The translations under genes and the position numbers were made by a program. The notes under the pieces were generated by a model. The model had not been told where the DNA came from, searched no databases, and saw only the letters and a program-made list of their open reading frames with translations. From contig JAZJXO010000031.1 in the NCBI GenBank assembly GCA_040390855.1, positions 39,088-71,087 on the forward strand: a DNA stretch of 32,000 bases. The letters are read 5' to 3'. Source of the DNA: Pseudomonadota bacterium. Lineage in GTDB: Bacteria; Pseudomonadota; Alphaproteobacteria; Parvibaculales; Parvibaculaceae. Position 1 is the first letter of the stretch. Each line of letters starts with the position of its first letter. Positions 17,163 through 24,574 of the stretch are shown piece after piece.

Positions 17163-18609
17163 TGTCAGCGCTCCCCTTGTCGGCCTCGGGCGCAGGGAGC
17201 AGCAGGGTGGTCTGTCCGGCCATGGTCTCGCGGAAGGTGAGGCCGGTCGCCTCGTTGACGGCCTCGAGGCCCGTGAACTCCTCCCAGCGGCGGATGATCG
17301 TGTCGACATACCATGGGTCGATTTCGATGCCGTAGCAGATGCGTCCGGTGTCCTCGGCGGCGATGAGCGTGGTACCGGAGCCGAGGAAGCCGTCGAAGAC
17401 GACGTCACCGCGGGCCGTGCAATCGAGGATCGCGTCGGCGCAGAGGCGGGCGGGCTTCACCGTCGGGTGAAGAGCAAGCTCCTTGCGGCGCTCGGGATTG
17501 ATCGAGTTCGCCCCTTCGTAGGTCCAGACATTGCTGCGGTTGCGGCCATAGCGACCGAGCTCGATATTGTTGGTGTGCGGGGCGTCGCCGAACTTGAAGA
17601 CCACCACGAACTCGGACTGGCTGCGGTAGAAGCTTCCCATGCCAGCGTTGGTCTTGACCCAGGTCACGACATTGATGAGCGTGAGGTCACATTCACGGCC
17701 CGCCTTGAGCAGGATCTCGACGTGACGCCAGTCGATGAAGATGTAGAGGAGGGTGCCGTTGGCGCAATGCTCGATCGAGAGCATGAGATAGCGCTTCAGG
17801 AAGGAGAGGAACTCTTCCTCGGTCATCTCGCCCGACGCCATGGCGAACTCCGCGTGCTTGAAGCGCCCGCGGCCGGAGAAGCTCTTGACGGCAAGGTTGT
17901 AGGGCACGTCGCTCAAGACACAGGCGATGAGAATACCCTTGAGCAGCCGGAGGATCGTCGCCGGGTCGAGGCTATCGCCGCAGAGGACCTTGTGGACGCC
18001 GAGCTTCCAGAGATCGCCAAGCTTTGAAATCGCCGGCTTGTCGCGCTGCGTGGGCGGCGTGTCATCAAGAGCGGTATCGTGAGGCTGGGCCAAAGACGTC
18101 TGGATCAGCATATCGACCTCGGCGATCTCGAAGCCGATGTCTTTATAGCTGATATCGAGGTCGATCAGGGACTGAAGCTCGCGGGCGAGTTCGTCATTGT
18201 CCCACTCGCCCAGCTCGCTGATCCGGTTGTCAAAGATCCGGAAGGCGCGGAGTTCAGTCTCATTGAGATGCGTCACACGAATACAGGGCAGGATCTCCAG
18301 ACCGAGTTCTTTGGCCACCAAATAGCGCGCATAGCCCGCGACAATGCGGTTATTGGCATCAATGATGAGCGGGACAATGAAGCCGACATTGCCGAAGCTC
18401 TTCTCGAGCAGGCGAAGCTGCTTCTTCGTATACCGCCGTGTCTGCCGGTTGGGCGGCAGGAGGTCGCCCAGCGGGATAAGGTCGATCTTTTCCGCCATCC
18501 ACGGCACAGGGAAGCGATCATTGCGCAGCCGCGAGCGTTCATTGGAACGGTCGTCCCAATTGTTCTGCTCAATATTACGGAGATCTCTGTCTTCTTCTCT
18601 CTCATCCAT
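17155..18609 (-). CDS. ParB-like nuclease domain fused to an N6-adenine/N4-cytosine DNA methyltransferase (beta class), 484 aa
   Basis: The N-terminal ParB/Srx-like region reads IVPLIIDANNRIVAGYARYLVAKELG. Motif IV is LSDVPYN. Motif I is VFDGFLGSGTT, preceded by HPTVKP. Confidence 0.9.
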   Translation of the reverse strand: MDEREEDRDLRNIEQNNWDDRSNERSRLRNDRFPVPWMAEKIDLIPLGDLLPPNRQTRRYTKKQLRLLEKSFGNVGFIVPLIIDANNRIVAGYARYLVAKELGLEILPCIRVTHLNETELRAFRIFDNRISELGEWDNDELARELQSLIDLDISYKDIGFEIAEVDMLIQTSLAQPHDTALDDTPPTQRDKPAISKLGDLWKLGVHKVLCGDSLDPATILRLLKGILIACVLSDVPYNLAVKSFSGRGRFKHAEFAMASGEMTEEEFLSFLKRYLMLSIEHCANGTLLYIFIDWRHVEILLKAGRECDLTLINVVTWVKTNAGMGSFYRSQSEFVVVFKFGDAPHTNNIELGRYGRNRSNVWTYEGANSINPERRKELALHPTVKPARLCADAILDCTARGDVVFDGFLGSGTTLIAAEDTGRICYGIEIDPWYVDTIIRRWEEFTGLEAVNEATGLTFRETMAGQTTLLLPAPEADKGSADNV

Positions 18610-18845
18610 AACAACACCGCCACTTTGGCTGTCGATTGGAGCCCACTGGGTACCAAAAGACAGCGATTAAAACCGCTGCCTTCCCGAAGCATCACAGCGA
18701 CGAAATCGCTGACTGCCCTAAGTACCCTCCGTGGCGGAGAAGACACCTCTAAATAGAATTGTGTACCCATGCGTTCAAGTAAAAATTTTGCGTTCATCCG
18801 CCCGCCGAACAAATCGTTCCATGAGGAACGCAACTTCGCCCTTTT

Positions 18846-18864
18846 TTGACACCCTCTGTGTCAA
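18846..18864. promoter_or_regulatory. Inverted repeat TTGACAC-CCTCT-GTGTCAA upstream of the methyltransferase/terminase operon (candidate operator)
   Basis: Perfect 7-bp arms with a 5-bp spacer. Each arm contains a TTGACA-like hexamer. It lies about 240 nt upstream of the operon start, in an ORF-free region near an XRE regulator gene. Confidence 0.3.
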
Positions 18865-19210
18865 GGGGAAATGCGACAGGCGCGATCCCCACATCAATTC
18901 CCCAGACGTATTTTTGTAGCGAAAATGCAAGTAAACAGAGGGACTTGGATTTGAATGGAGCGCGTGACGAATGTCGGCGACCTTGCGGTTGCTGACTTGC
19001 GAGTTACAAAAAACTCTTGCCATGACCGGCCCCTACAATGGCAGCAATGCCCGCTTGCGAACTCCCGGTCATCCGCGCCGGCGCTCCGAATCCATGTCCT
19101 CTGTCGGCCTGATTCGCACCCTTGCGGAACCACTGGACTTCCCTCGCGAAGGAAGCGTTCCTGTCGCTGCCGAGTAAAGGCAGGCTTATATGCAGGGTAG
19201 GGAGGGGAGC

Positions 19211-19435
19211 ATGGATCAGGATACACGTAGTTTGGCGCGCCAACTTTTTGCGAGAGCGACCATGATCCTTGAACAGGCGCATGAGGTGTCGGTTACCGGC
19301 CAGTCGCCACGACTTACGGCTGATGGTGGAACGCAACAGGCGCTGGAACTATGCCGGATCGCGCGTGAGGTCTCGGCACTGGGAGAGGCGATAGAGGTCG
19401 TCATTGGCACCCGGATCCCGGGCCGTGGCCGCTAG
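19211..19435 (+). CDS. Hypothetical small protein, 74 aa
   Basis: ATG preceded by a strong SD (AGGGAGGGGAGC-ATG). The composition looks helical (ARQLFARATMILEQAHE). It is convergent with the XRE gene. Confidence 0.4.
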   Translation: MDQDTRSLARQLFARATMILEQAHEVSVTGQSPRLTADGGTQQALELCRIAREVSALGEAIEVVIGTRIPGRGR

Positions 19436-19529
19436 AGCGGCAAATCGAACCCACCCATTCACACCAGACCCTATCTCTGATTTTAAACTCCACCGGCCTA
19501 ATGCGGCGACGGCCTCAAGTCGACCTGCG

Positions 19530-19793
19530 TCAGCCTTTGGGCTTGCGCCCACCCTTGAGAGGGGCAGGGAACTTGGTGCCTGCCCGGGGTGGCGCAAAAA
19601 GGTCCGGGATTTTAACCGAGAGTGCGGCCGCGAGCCGTTCGAGGACCGCCACAGTCGGGTTTTCCATTTTCCGCTCCAACCGGCTCACATAGGTCCGGTC
19701 GATCTCGGCATCGACGGCCAAGGCCTCTTGCGACAGCCCCTGCTTGACGCGGAGCTTGCGGATGTTGTGAGCGACGATGTCCTGGGCACGCAT
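19530..19793 (-). CDS. XRE-family helix-turn-helix transcriptional regulator, 87 aa
   Basis: IRKLRVKQGLSQEALAVDAEIDRTYVSRLERKMENPTVAVLERLAAAL is a canonical HTH_XRE/Cro-CI pattern. Confidence 0.85.
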   Translation of the reverse strand: MRAQDIVAHNIRKLRVKQGLSQEALAVDAEIDRTYVSRLERKMENPTVAVLERLAAALSVKIPDLFAPPRAGTKFPAPLKGGRKPKG

Positions 19794-19906
19794 GACTCAA
19801 ACCCAGCATCTTGTAGCTTATTAAACCACGCACTATGGTCCTCATATTATTTTGAAACCACTTGGAACGCCGGGACTGGCCCGGCAAAGACGGGGAGAGA
19901 TTGAGC

Positions 19907-20323
19907 ATGATTGAGAAACGGAAACGATGGCGCGCGTTGCCCATACTGGGTGTCATGTGTCTGGGGCTGGCAGGCTGTGCGACGAGGCCTACCGCAAGCC
20001 AGATTGCCACGGCGGACTATGGGTCACGGCCGGGTCCAGAACATCAGCAGCTCATCAAGGACTGGTTTGCTGAGAGGCTTATCGATCCGACAAGCCCGCT
20101 CTATACGTTTCGGGGGCCGGTCAAGGGCTATATCGGAAAGAGCCCCCTTTATGGCACCGAGATGACCTTTGGCTGGGTCGTCTGCGGCACGGTCAATGCC
20201 AAGAACCGGATGGGCGGCTATACGGGCCGTGAGATCTTCTTCACGATTTTCAATAACGGCAAGCTCAAATTTGCGATCAGCGGCATTACCGCAGAAGAGC
20301 TCTGCGGCAGGGCGAGGGTTTGA
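19907..20323 (+). CDS. Small lipoprotein, 138 aa
   Basis: Signal peptide with lipobox (LGVMCLGLAG-C) from the ATG at 19907. The mature part contains GWVVCGTVNAKNRMGGYTG. Confidence 0.7.
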   Translation: MIEKRKRWRALPILGVMCLGLAGCATRPTASQIATADYGSRPGPEHQQLIKDWFAERLIDPTSPLYTFRGPVKGYIGKSPLYGTEMTFGWVVCGTVNAKNRMGGYTGREIFFTIFNNGKLKFAISGITAEELCGRARV

Positions 20324-20325
20324 GC

Positions 20326-20763
20326 ATGGTAAAGCTTGAAAAGCTGATAGCACCCGGCGAGACCGTCATCTACCGGGCCCGCTTTGGCGGACAGCGCCTG
20401 TTTCTCGACCTTGCTCTCATCGCACTGGGGCTCGCTTCCGGTGCTCTTCTAGGCCCTGGGATCATTGTGGTAATGCTGGTTCTCGCCTCTATGATTTACC
20501 GAGAGCGAAAGCAGATCATTTTGGTCACCAACCAGCGGGTCCTGCGTGTTCACAGCCGTTGGTCTGGCCTCAAGATCGACGAGATCAATCTGCGGCAGGT
20601 TGAGAGCATCCGGGACAATGGTCAGCGCATCACTATCGTCGGCAGCGGCGGCACAAAGCTCGTCCTGACCCCCTTCCTGGCTGATCTTAGGGGGCTCGGC
20701 CATGCTATCCGAAGCGGGGGTATAAGCGGCGCGACTGTGCCGACTGCCAATTCCCCTCTCTAG
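20326..20763 (+). CDS. Membrane protein with a bacterial PH-like (DUF304/bPH-type) domain, 145 aa
   Basis: GETVIYRA is followed by two hydrophobic helices and then ILVTNQRVLRV...IDEINLRQVESI...ITIVGSGG. The gene sits tightly behind the lipoprotein gene. Confidence 0.55.
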   Translation: MVKLEKLIAPGETVIYRARFGGQRLFLDLALIALGLASGALLGPGIIVVMLVLASMIYRERKQIILVTNQRVLRVHSRWSGLKIDEINLRQVESIRDNGQRITIVGSGGTKLVLTPFLADLRGLGHAIRSGGISGATVPTANSPL

Positions 20764-20834
20764 GGATATTTTGTCGACTACCTCTGGCATCACGAGATTG
20801 TGCGTTGATGGATTTATTGTCGGCATCAGCCGTC

Positions 20835-20852
20835 ATCGATCGATCGATCGAT
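20835..20852. repeat. (ATCG)4.5 tetranucleotide microsatellite (self-complementary, overlapping ATCGAT sites)
   Basis: atcgatcgatcgatcgat read directly in an intergenic stretch. Confidence 0.9.
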
Positions 20853-21082
20853 TCGGTTCGAGCGGGCGGCTATCGGTTTTGTTTAGTGGCGAACCCGCCA
20901 TCAGATGAAGCCAGAGTTTGTAAGTCCGAATGCTCAGACGTTGGAATGGGTTGGGATGCAGATCGCGTTTCAAGTACCAGCGAGAAAAAAGCTGCTGTCC
21001 ATAAAGAGGGGCAAGCCGTTTGACGCGCGATTGTGACGGAGCAGATGGAGGGAAATTGCGCGTTGTCCGGCCAAGCCCATAT

Positions 21083-21370
21083 TTAGCTAGATTGTTGGCG
21101 GCGTTTAAAAAAGCGGTACAGCGGCACAAAGACTATCGCAATATACCATCCGTATAGATATGAACCAATGAGGCCAAATATAAATCCAGATAATGTTAAC
21201 CACTCAAATCCCGGCAACAGAGGTGCCCAAGCTTCGTGCATATGAAATTTTGCGGGTGCAAGTAAGCCGAACGCAATGCAGAGCAAGTACGAAATCGCAA
21301 TGAACAAAGATAATGCTTGGCCTAGCGATGCAATTCGTATTGATCTAGAAGTCGTGCTCACTTCTGCCAT
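21083..21370 (-). CDS. Small two-TM membrane protein (DUF5676-like), 95 aa
   Basis: ATG at 21370 with SD GGAGGAG. Two hydrophobic helices and PLLPGFEWLTLSGFIFGLIGSYLYGWY. Assigning it to DUF5676 is from memory of metal-island neighbours. Confidence 0.55.
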   Translation of the reverse strand: MAEVSTTSRSIRIASLGQALSLFIAISYLLCIAFGLLAPAKFHMHEAWAPLLPGFEWLTLSGFIFGLIGSYLYGWYIAIVFVPLYRFFKRRQQSS

Positions 21371-21549
21371 AATGCTCTCCTCCGGAAATTTTTTGTTGAG
21401 ATGTTGTCGACAAATCAGTCTGCCGCTGAATGCGGCGACCATTTAGATGCGCCTACCCGTACGATTGATTGGCGCGGCGCTGTGTATTTTGTAGCGTTGC
21501 AAGCGTCGGCTCACAGTTTGGAAAAACCTTGAGAGCAAGCCATTCGCCG

Positions 21550-21882
21550 TCAGGGTTTAGTGGTGTCAGGTTGTGCGCCATCGCTGCCATGCATTGAACC
21601 TGGCCCGGCGCCTTGCATCATGCCCTGACCCGAACCCTGCATTATGCCTGACCCTGACCCCTGCATCATGCCGGAATTCATTCCGCCCATACCGCCTGTT
21701 TTCGACATGAAGGTCAGCCCAACCAGGGCAATCAATGCAAGTATTGCCAACCACGTACCAAGAACAATTCCAAAGCTCTTGATACGCCCATCGGCCTTTG
21801 ACGCGGCAAACAAAACGAAAAAACTCAAAGTCGCGAGTACTGTTCCGTGAAGTAGTGCTCCGAAAAAGGGAAACATGTGCAT
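21550..21882 (-). CDS. Membrane protein with a C-terminal Met/Gly-rich repeat tail (candidate Cu(I)-binding), 110 aa
   Basis: Two TM helices, then GGMGGMNSGMMQGSGSGIMQGSGQGMMQGAGPGSMHG. The underlying DNA shows imperfect ~24-nt tandem units. Confidence 0.6.
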   Translation of the reverse strand: MHMFPFFGALLHGTVLATLSFFVLFAASKADGRIKSFGIVLGTWLAILALIALVGLTFMSKTGGMGGMNSGMMQGSGSGIMQGSGQGMMQGAGPGSMHGSDGAQPDTTKP

Positions 21883-22525
21883 CTGACTATCCGATCTCTA
21901 AATTTTTGTTGCGCAAGGCCATCCCGACCGACCGCTGAACGGTCAAATCCAAATATTGCGCTGTGTGACGCTAGGCTCAAGACGCTCCAATTGAAATTAC
22001 GGAAAATACTTATGGATGCAGCACTCGCTTGGTATCTGAGTGCACCCCTTCAATGGACGTCTTCCTGCCATTAATCAGGCTAAGCTTATATGCATGAGTG
22101 CGCCTGCAAGCTCTAGGATCTCCTAGCGATGGCGCCAAATTTTGCAATCGCGGCGCCTTTCATTGGCTCTCGCCCCACATCATGCCATGCACGTGGTAGT
22201 GATGGACGTAGCGGTTCGGATTTTCCCAGACTTGTGCTGCTGAATAAGTGGCGATGTCGAGATTGCTGTGACGCGAACCCGGGATGCGTGCAATATTTCT
22301 AAGACACATCCGAAATCTCTTTTTGAGCGGTATAGGCTGGCGTAATTTGCACACTAATCAAGCAAACATTGCTTCGTCTCTGATCTGGATCATTATCGCG
22401 GTACCAAGAGTTATTACTAAGCGGTGGCCTAATTACGCAGGCGCAGATTTTACCGCGACTGTTAGATGCGGTCACGGCTGGAACGCAGGGCGGCGTCCAC
22501 TCGCCCAAGCCGGGGAGTGATCGCC

Positions 22526-23071
22526 ATGCGCGCAAAAAAGTCCAGGCGTGCTTGGTGTCTGTCTATTTTTAAGAAGTACGCAGCAAGAGGTTGGGACATC
22601 ATCGAATATTTTTTCATGCGGTGGACGGGAGAGTTCCATTGGTTGAGAACGTTGCGGCGTTATCTGCTCTTCATGGCTGTGGGAAATCTCATCTGGGAAT
22701 TCGCTCAAATGCCGCTTTATACACTTTGGGAATCTGGCAGCGCCGGCGAGATCGTGGTCGCCGCACTTCATTGCACTGCCGGAGATATTCTCATCGCAAT
22801 GAGCGCGCTCTTGGCGGTATTGTTCTTGATCGGAACCAGCCATTGGCCTGCGGTGGGTTACAGACCCGTGGCCCTGGCTGCCATCACAATGGGCATCGGC
22901 TACACCGTCTTTAGTGAATGGTTGAACATCGACGTGCGTGCGGCGTGGGCTTATAGCGATCTGATGCCGATCATTCCGGTGATCGAAGTGGGTCTGTCGC
23001 CGCTGGCTCAATGGATTGTATTACCGAGCCTCGCCTTCTGGTTTGCTGCATCAAAGAAGGGCGCAATATGA
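22526..23071 (+). CDS. Hypothetical polytopic membrane protein, 181 aa (start uncertain)
   Basis: The ATG at 22526 has GGGGAG 8 nt upstream. There are four or five hydrophobic segments (LLFMAVGNLIWEFAQ, ILIAMSALLAVLFLI, and others). No family recognised. Confidence 0.5.
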   Translation: MRAKKSRRAWCLSIFKKYAARGWDIIEYFFMRWTGEFHWLRTLRRYLLFMAVGNLIWEFAQMPLYTLWESGSAGEIVVAALHCTAGDILIAMSALLAVLFLIGTSHWPAVGYRPVALAAITMGIGYTVFSEWLNIDVRAAWAYSDLMPIIPVIEVGLSPLAQWIVLPSLAFWFAASKKGAI

Positions 23072-23118
23072 ATGCCTCAGGACTGCAAGTCGGAAATTCC
23101 AATTAGAGATCGACCGTT

Positions 23119-24525
23119 GTGACTGGCCTACGAATGGGTCAACTATTTGAAAGGAAGCCAGTGACTGAAGTTCATGACCACAAATCCCGGCAAAGCGAAT
23201 CTTCTACTAAGTATGAAAAAAACAGCCTGACCCTCGTCAGCGCAATCGCCATGGGCACCGGCGTGATGATCGGTGCGGGCATCTTCGCGTTGACAGGCCA
23301 GATCGCTGAACTCGCCGGTCCAATCTTTCCGCTCTCGTTCGTCGTCGGCGCGGTAGTGACTGCGTTCAGCGCCTATTCCTATATCAAGATGTCAAACGCC
23401 TTTCCGTCTGCGGGCGGCATCGCGATGATCTTGAAGAAGGCCTACGGGCCGACGACGGTCGCGGCTGGCGCGGCGCTCCTGATGGCGATGTCGATGGTCA
23501 TCAGCGAAAGCCTCGTCGCGCGCACATTCGGAACCTACACGCTGCGAGCGTTTGGCGGCGATCCCGACAGCTTTCTCGTGCCGGTTCTCGGCGTGGGCCT
23601 AATCATTTTCGCCTATCTCATGAACGTTTCCGGAAACCGTTCGGTAGGGCTTTTTTCCATCGTCATGGCCGTGCTCAAGGTTGGGGGCATCGCGCTGTTC
23701 GGTGCGGCCGGTCTCTGGGCGAGCGGCATTTCTTTCGAGGCTGCGGGCGGAGATATGGGTGTCGGGGGCTTCGTGGCATCGGTCGCGCTTTCGATCCTTG
23801 CCTTCAAGGGATTTACGACCATTACCAACAGCGGCGGCGAGATCACCGACCCGCACCGCAATGTTGGCAGGGCGATTGTCTCGTCCATCGCGATCTGCGT
23901 TGTCGTCTATCTGCTCGTCGCCTTCGCCGTCGGTTCCAGCCTGCCGCTCGACCGCATCGTCGCAGCGAAGGACTATGCGTTGGCAGAAGCGGCCCAGCCC
24001 GCCCTTGGTCAAACCGGCTTCTACCTGACGGTGGCGCTTGCGCTAGTGGCCACGGCATCCGGTTTGATCGCCAGCGTCTTTGCTGTCACGCGGATGTTGG
24101 CGATGCTGACCGACATGAGGATGATCCCACACAGCCATTTCGGAATGCCGGGCACGATCAAGGATCACACGCTCGTCTACACCGTCGTGATAGCAGGCTT
24201 TCTGACGGTCTTCTTCGACCTTAGTCGGATCGCCTCTCTCGGCGCCTTCTTTTACCTGGTGATGGACATTATCATCCACTTGGGCGTTTTCCGGCATCTC
24301 CGCCAGGAGATCAGCGCGCGTGGTTGGGTGCTGCTGACGGCCATCGTGCTTGATGCAGTGGTGCTCGCCGCTTTCACCGCGATGAAGTGGCGGTCTGACC
24401 CGCTCATCGTCGTAATCGGCATCGTCGGCATGGCGCTGGTGTTCATGTTCGTGAGGGTTTTCCTCGCGCGTAATCCGGTTAGGGAAAGCAATCATGATCA
24501 CCATGAAAATAGCTCGACCTTCTAG
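23119..24525 (+). CDS. APC-superfamily amino acid/polyamine permease
   Basis: [25 protein letters not shown] and about 12 TM segments. The start is uncertain: GTG 23119, ATG 23134, or GTG 23161, which is preceded by AAGGAAG. Confidence 0.85.
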   Translation: MTGLRMGQLFERKPVTEVHDHKSRQSESSTKYEKNSLTLVSAIAMGTGVMIGAGIFALTGQIAELAGPIFPLSFVVGAVVTAFSAYSYIKMSNAFPSAGGIAMILKKAYGPTTVAAGAALLMAMSMVISESLVARTFGTYTLRAFGGDPDSFLVPVLGVGLIIFAYLMNVSGNRSVGLFSIVMAVLKVGGIALFGAAGLWASGISFEAAGGDMGVGGFVASVALSILAFKGFTTITNSGGEITDPHRNVGRAIVSSIAICVVVYLLVAFAVGSSLPLDRIVAAKDYALAEAAQPALGQTGFYLTVALALVATASGLIASVFAVTRMLAMLTDMRMIPHSHFGMPGTIKDHTLVYTVVIAGFLTVFFDLSRIASLGAFFYLVMDIIIHLGVFRHLRQEISARGWVLLTAIVLDAVVLAAFTAMKWRSDPLIVVIGIVGMALVFMFVRVFLARNPVRESNHDHHENSSTF

Positions 24526-24574
24526 TTGCTGGACGGAGCAGGCTTTAAACAAATCAGATGAAAGTTGGCAGGAC

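Larger units (their letters stand above)
6902..19793. mobile_element. Integrated element (degraded prophage or satellite-like island) abutting the tRNA 3' end; right boundary undetermined
   Basis: The recombinase module lies directly next to the tRNA. Cargo is a defence operon, terminase genes, a phage-type ParB-methyltransferase and an XRE regulator. No flanking direct repeat was identified, so the right end is a guess and could be about 19.0 kb, about 19.8 kb or further right. Confidence 0.45.

Noticed and set aside
18955-19200. ORFs of 60-110 codons on both strands in the 18.7-19.3 kb region.
   Set aside because: They are mutually overlapping with Arg/Cys/Pro-rich translations and no RBS. 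The region is better treated as non-coding.
20805-21129. A 72-codon plus-strand ORF and a 98-codon minus-strand ORF in the junction region. The latter (..LYGQQLFSRWYLKRDLHPNPFQ..) was briefly considered as a transposase or integrase remnant.
   Set aside because: I could not match any motif to a known transposase or integrase family, and the two ORFs overlap each other.
22160-22354. A 64-codon ORF ending in a His/Met-rich YVHHYHVHGMMWG, considered as a small metal-binding protein or a cupredoxin/multicopper-oxidase fragment.
   Set aside because: The spacing does not fit the cupredoxin (Y..C..H...GM) or MCO (HCH...H...GM) signatures. There is no RBS or signal peptide, and a neighbouring ORF overlaps it on the other strand.
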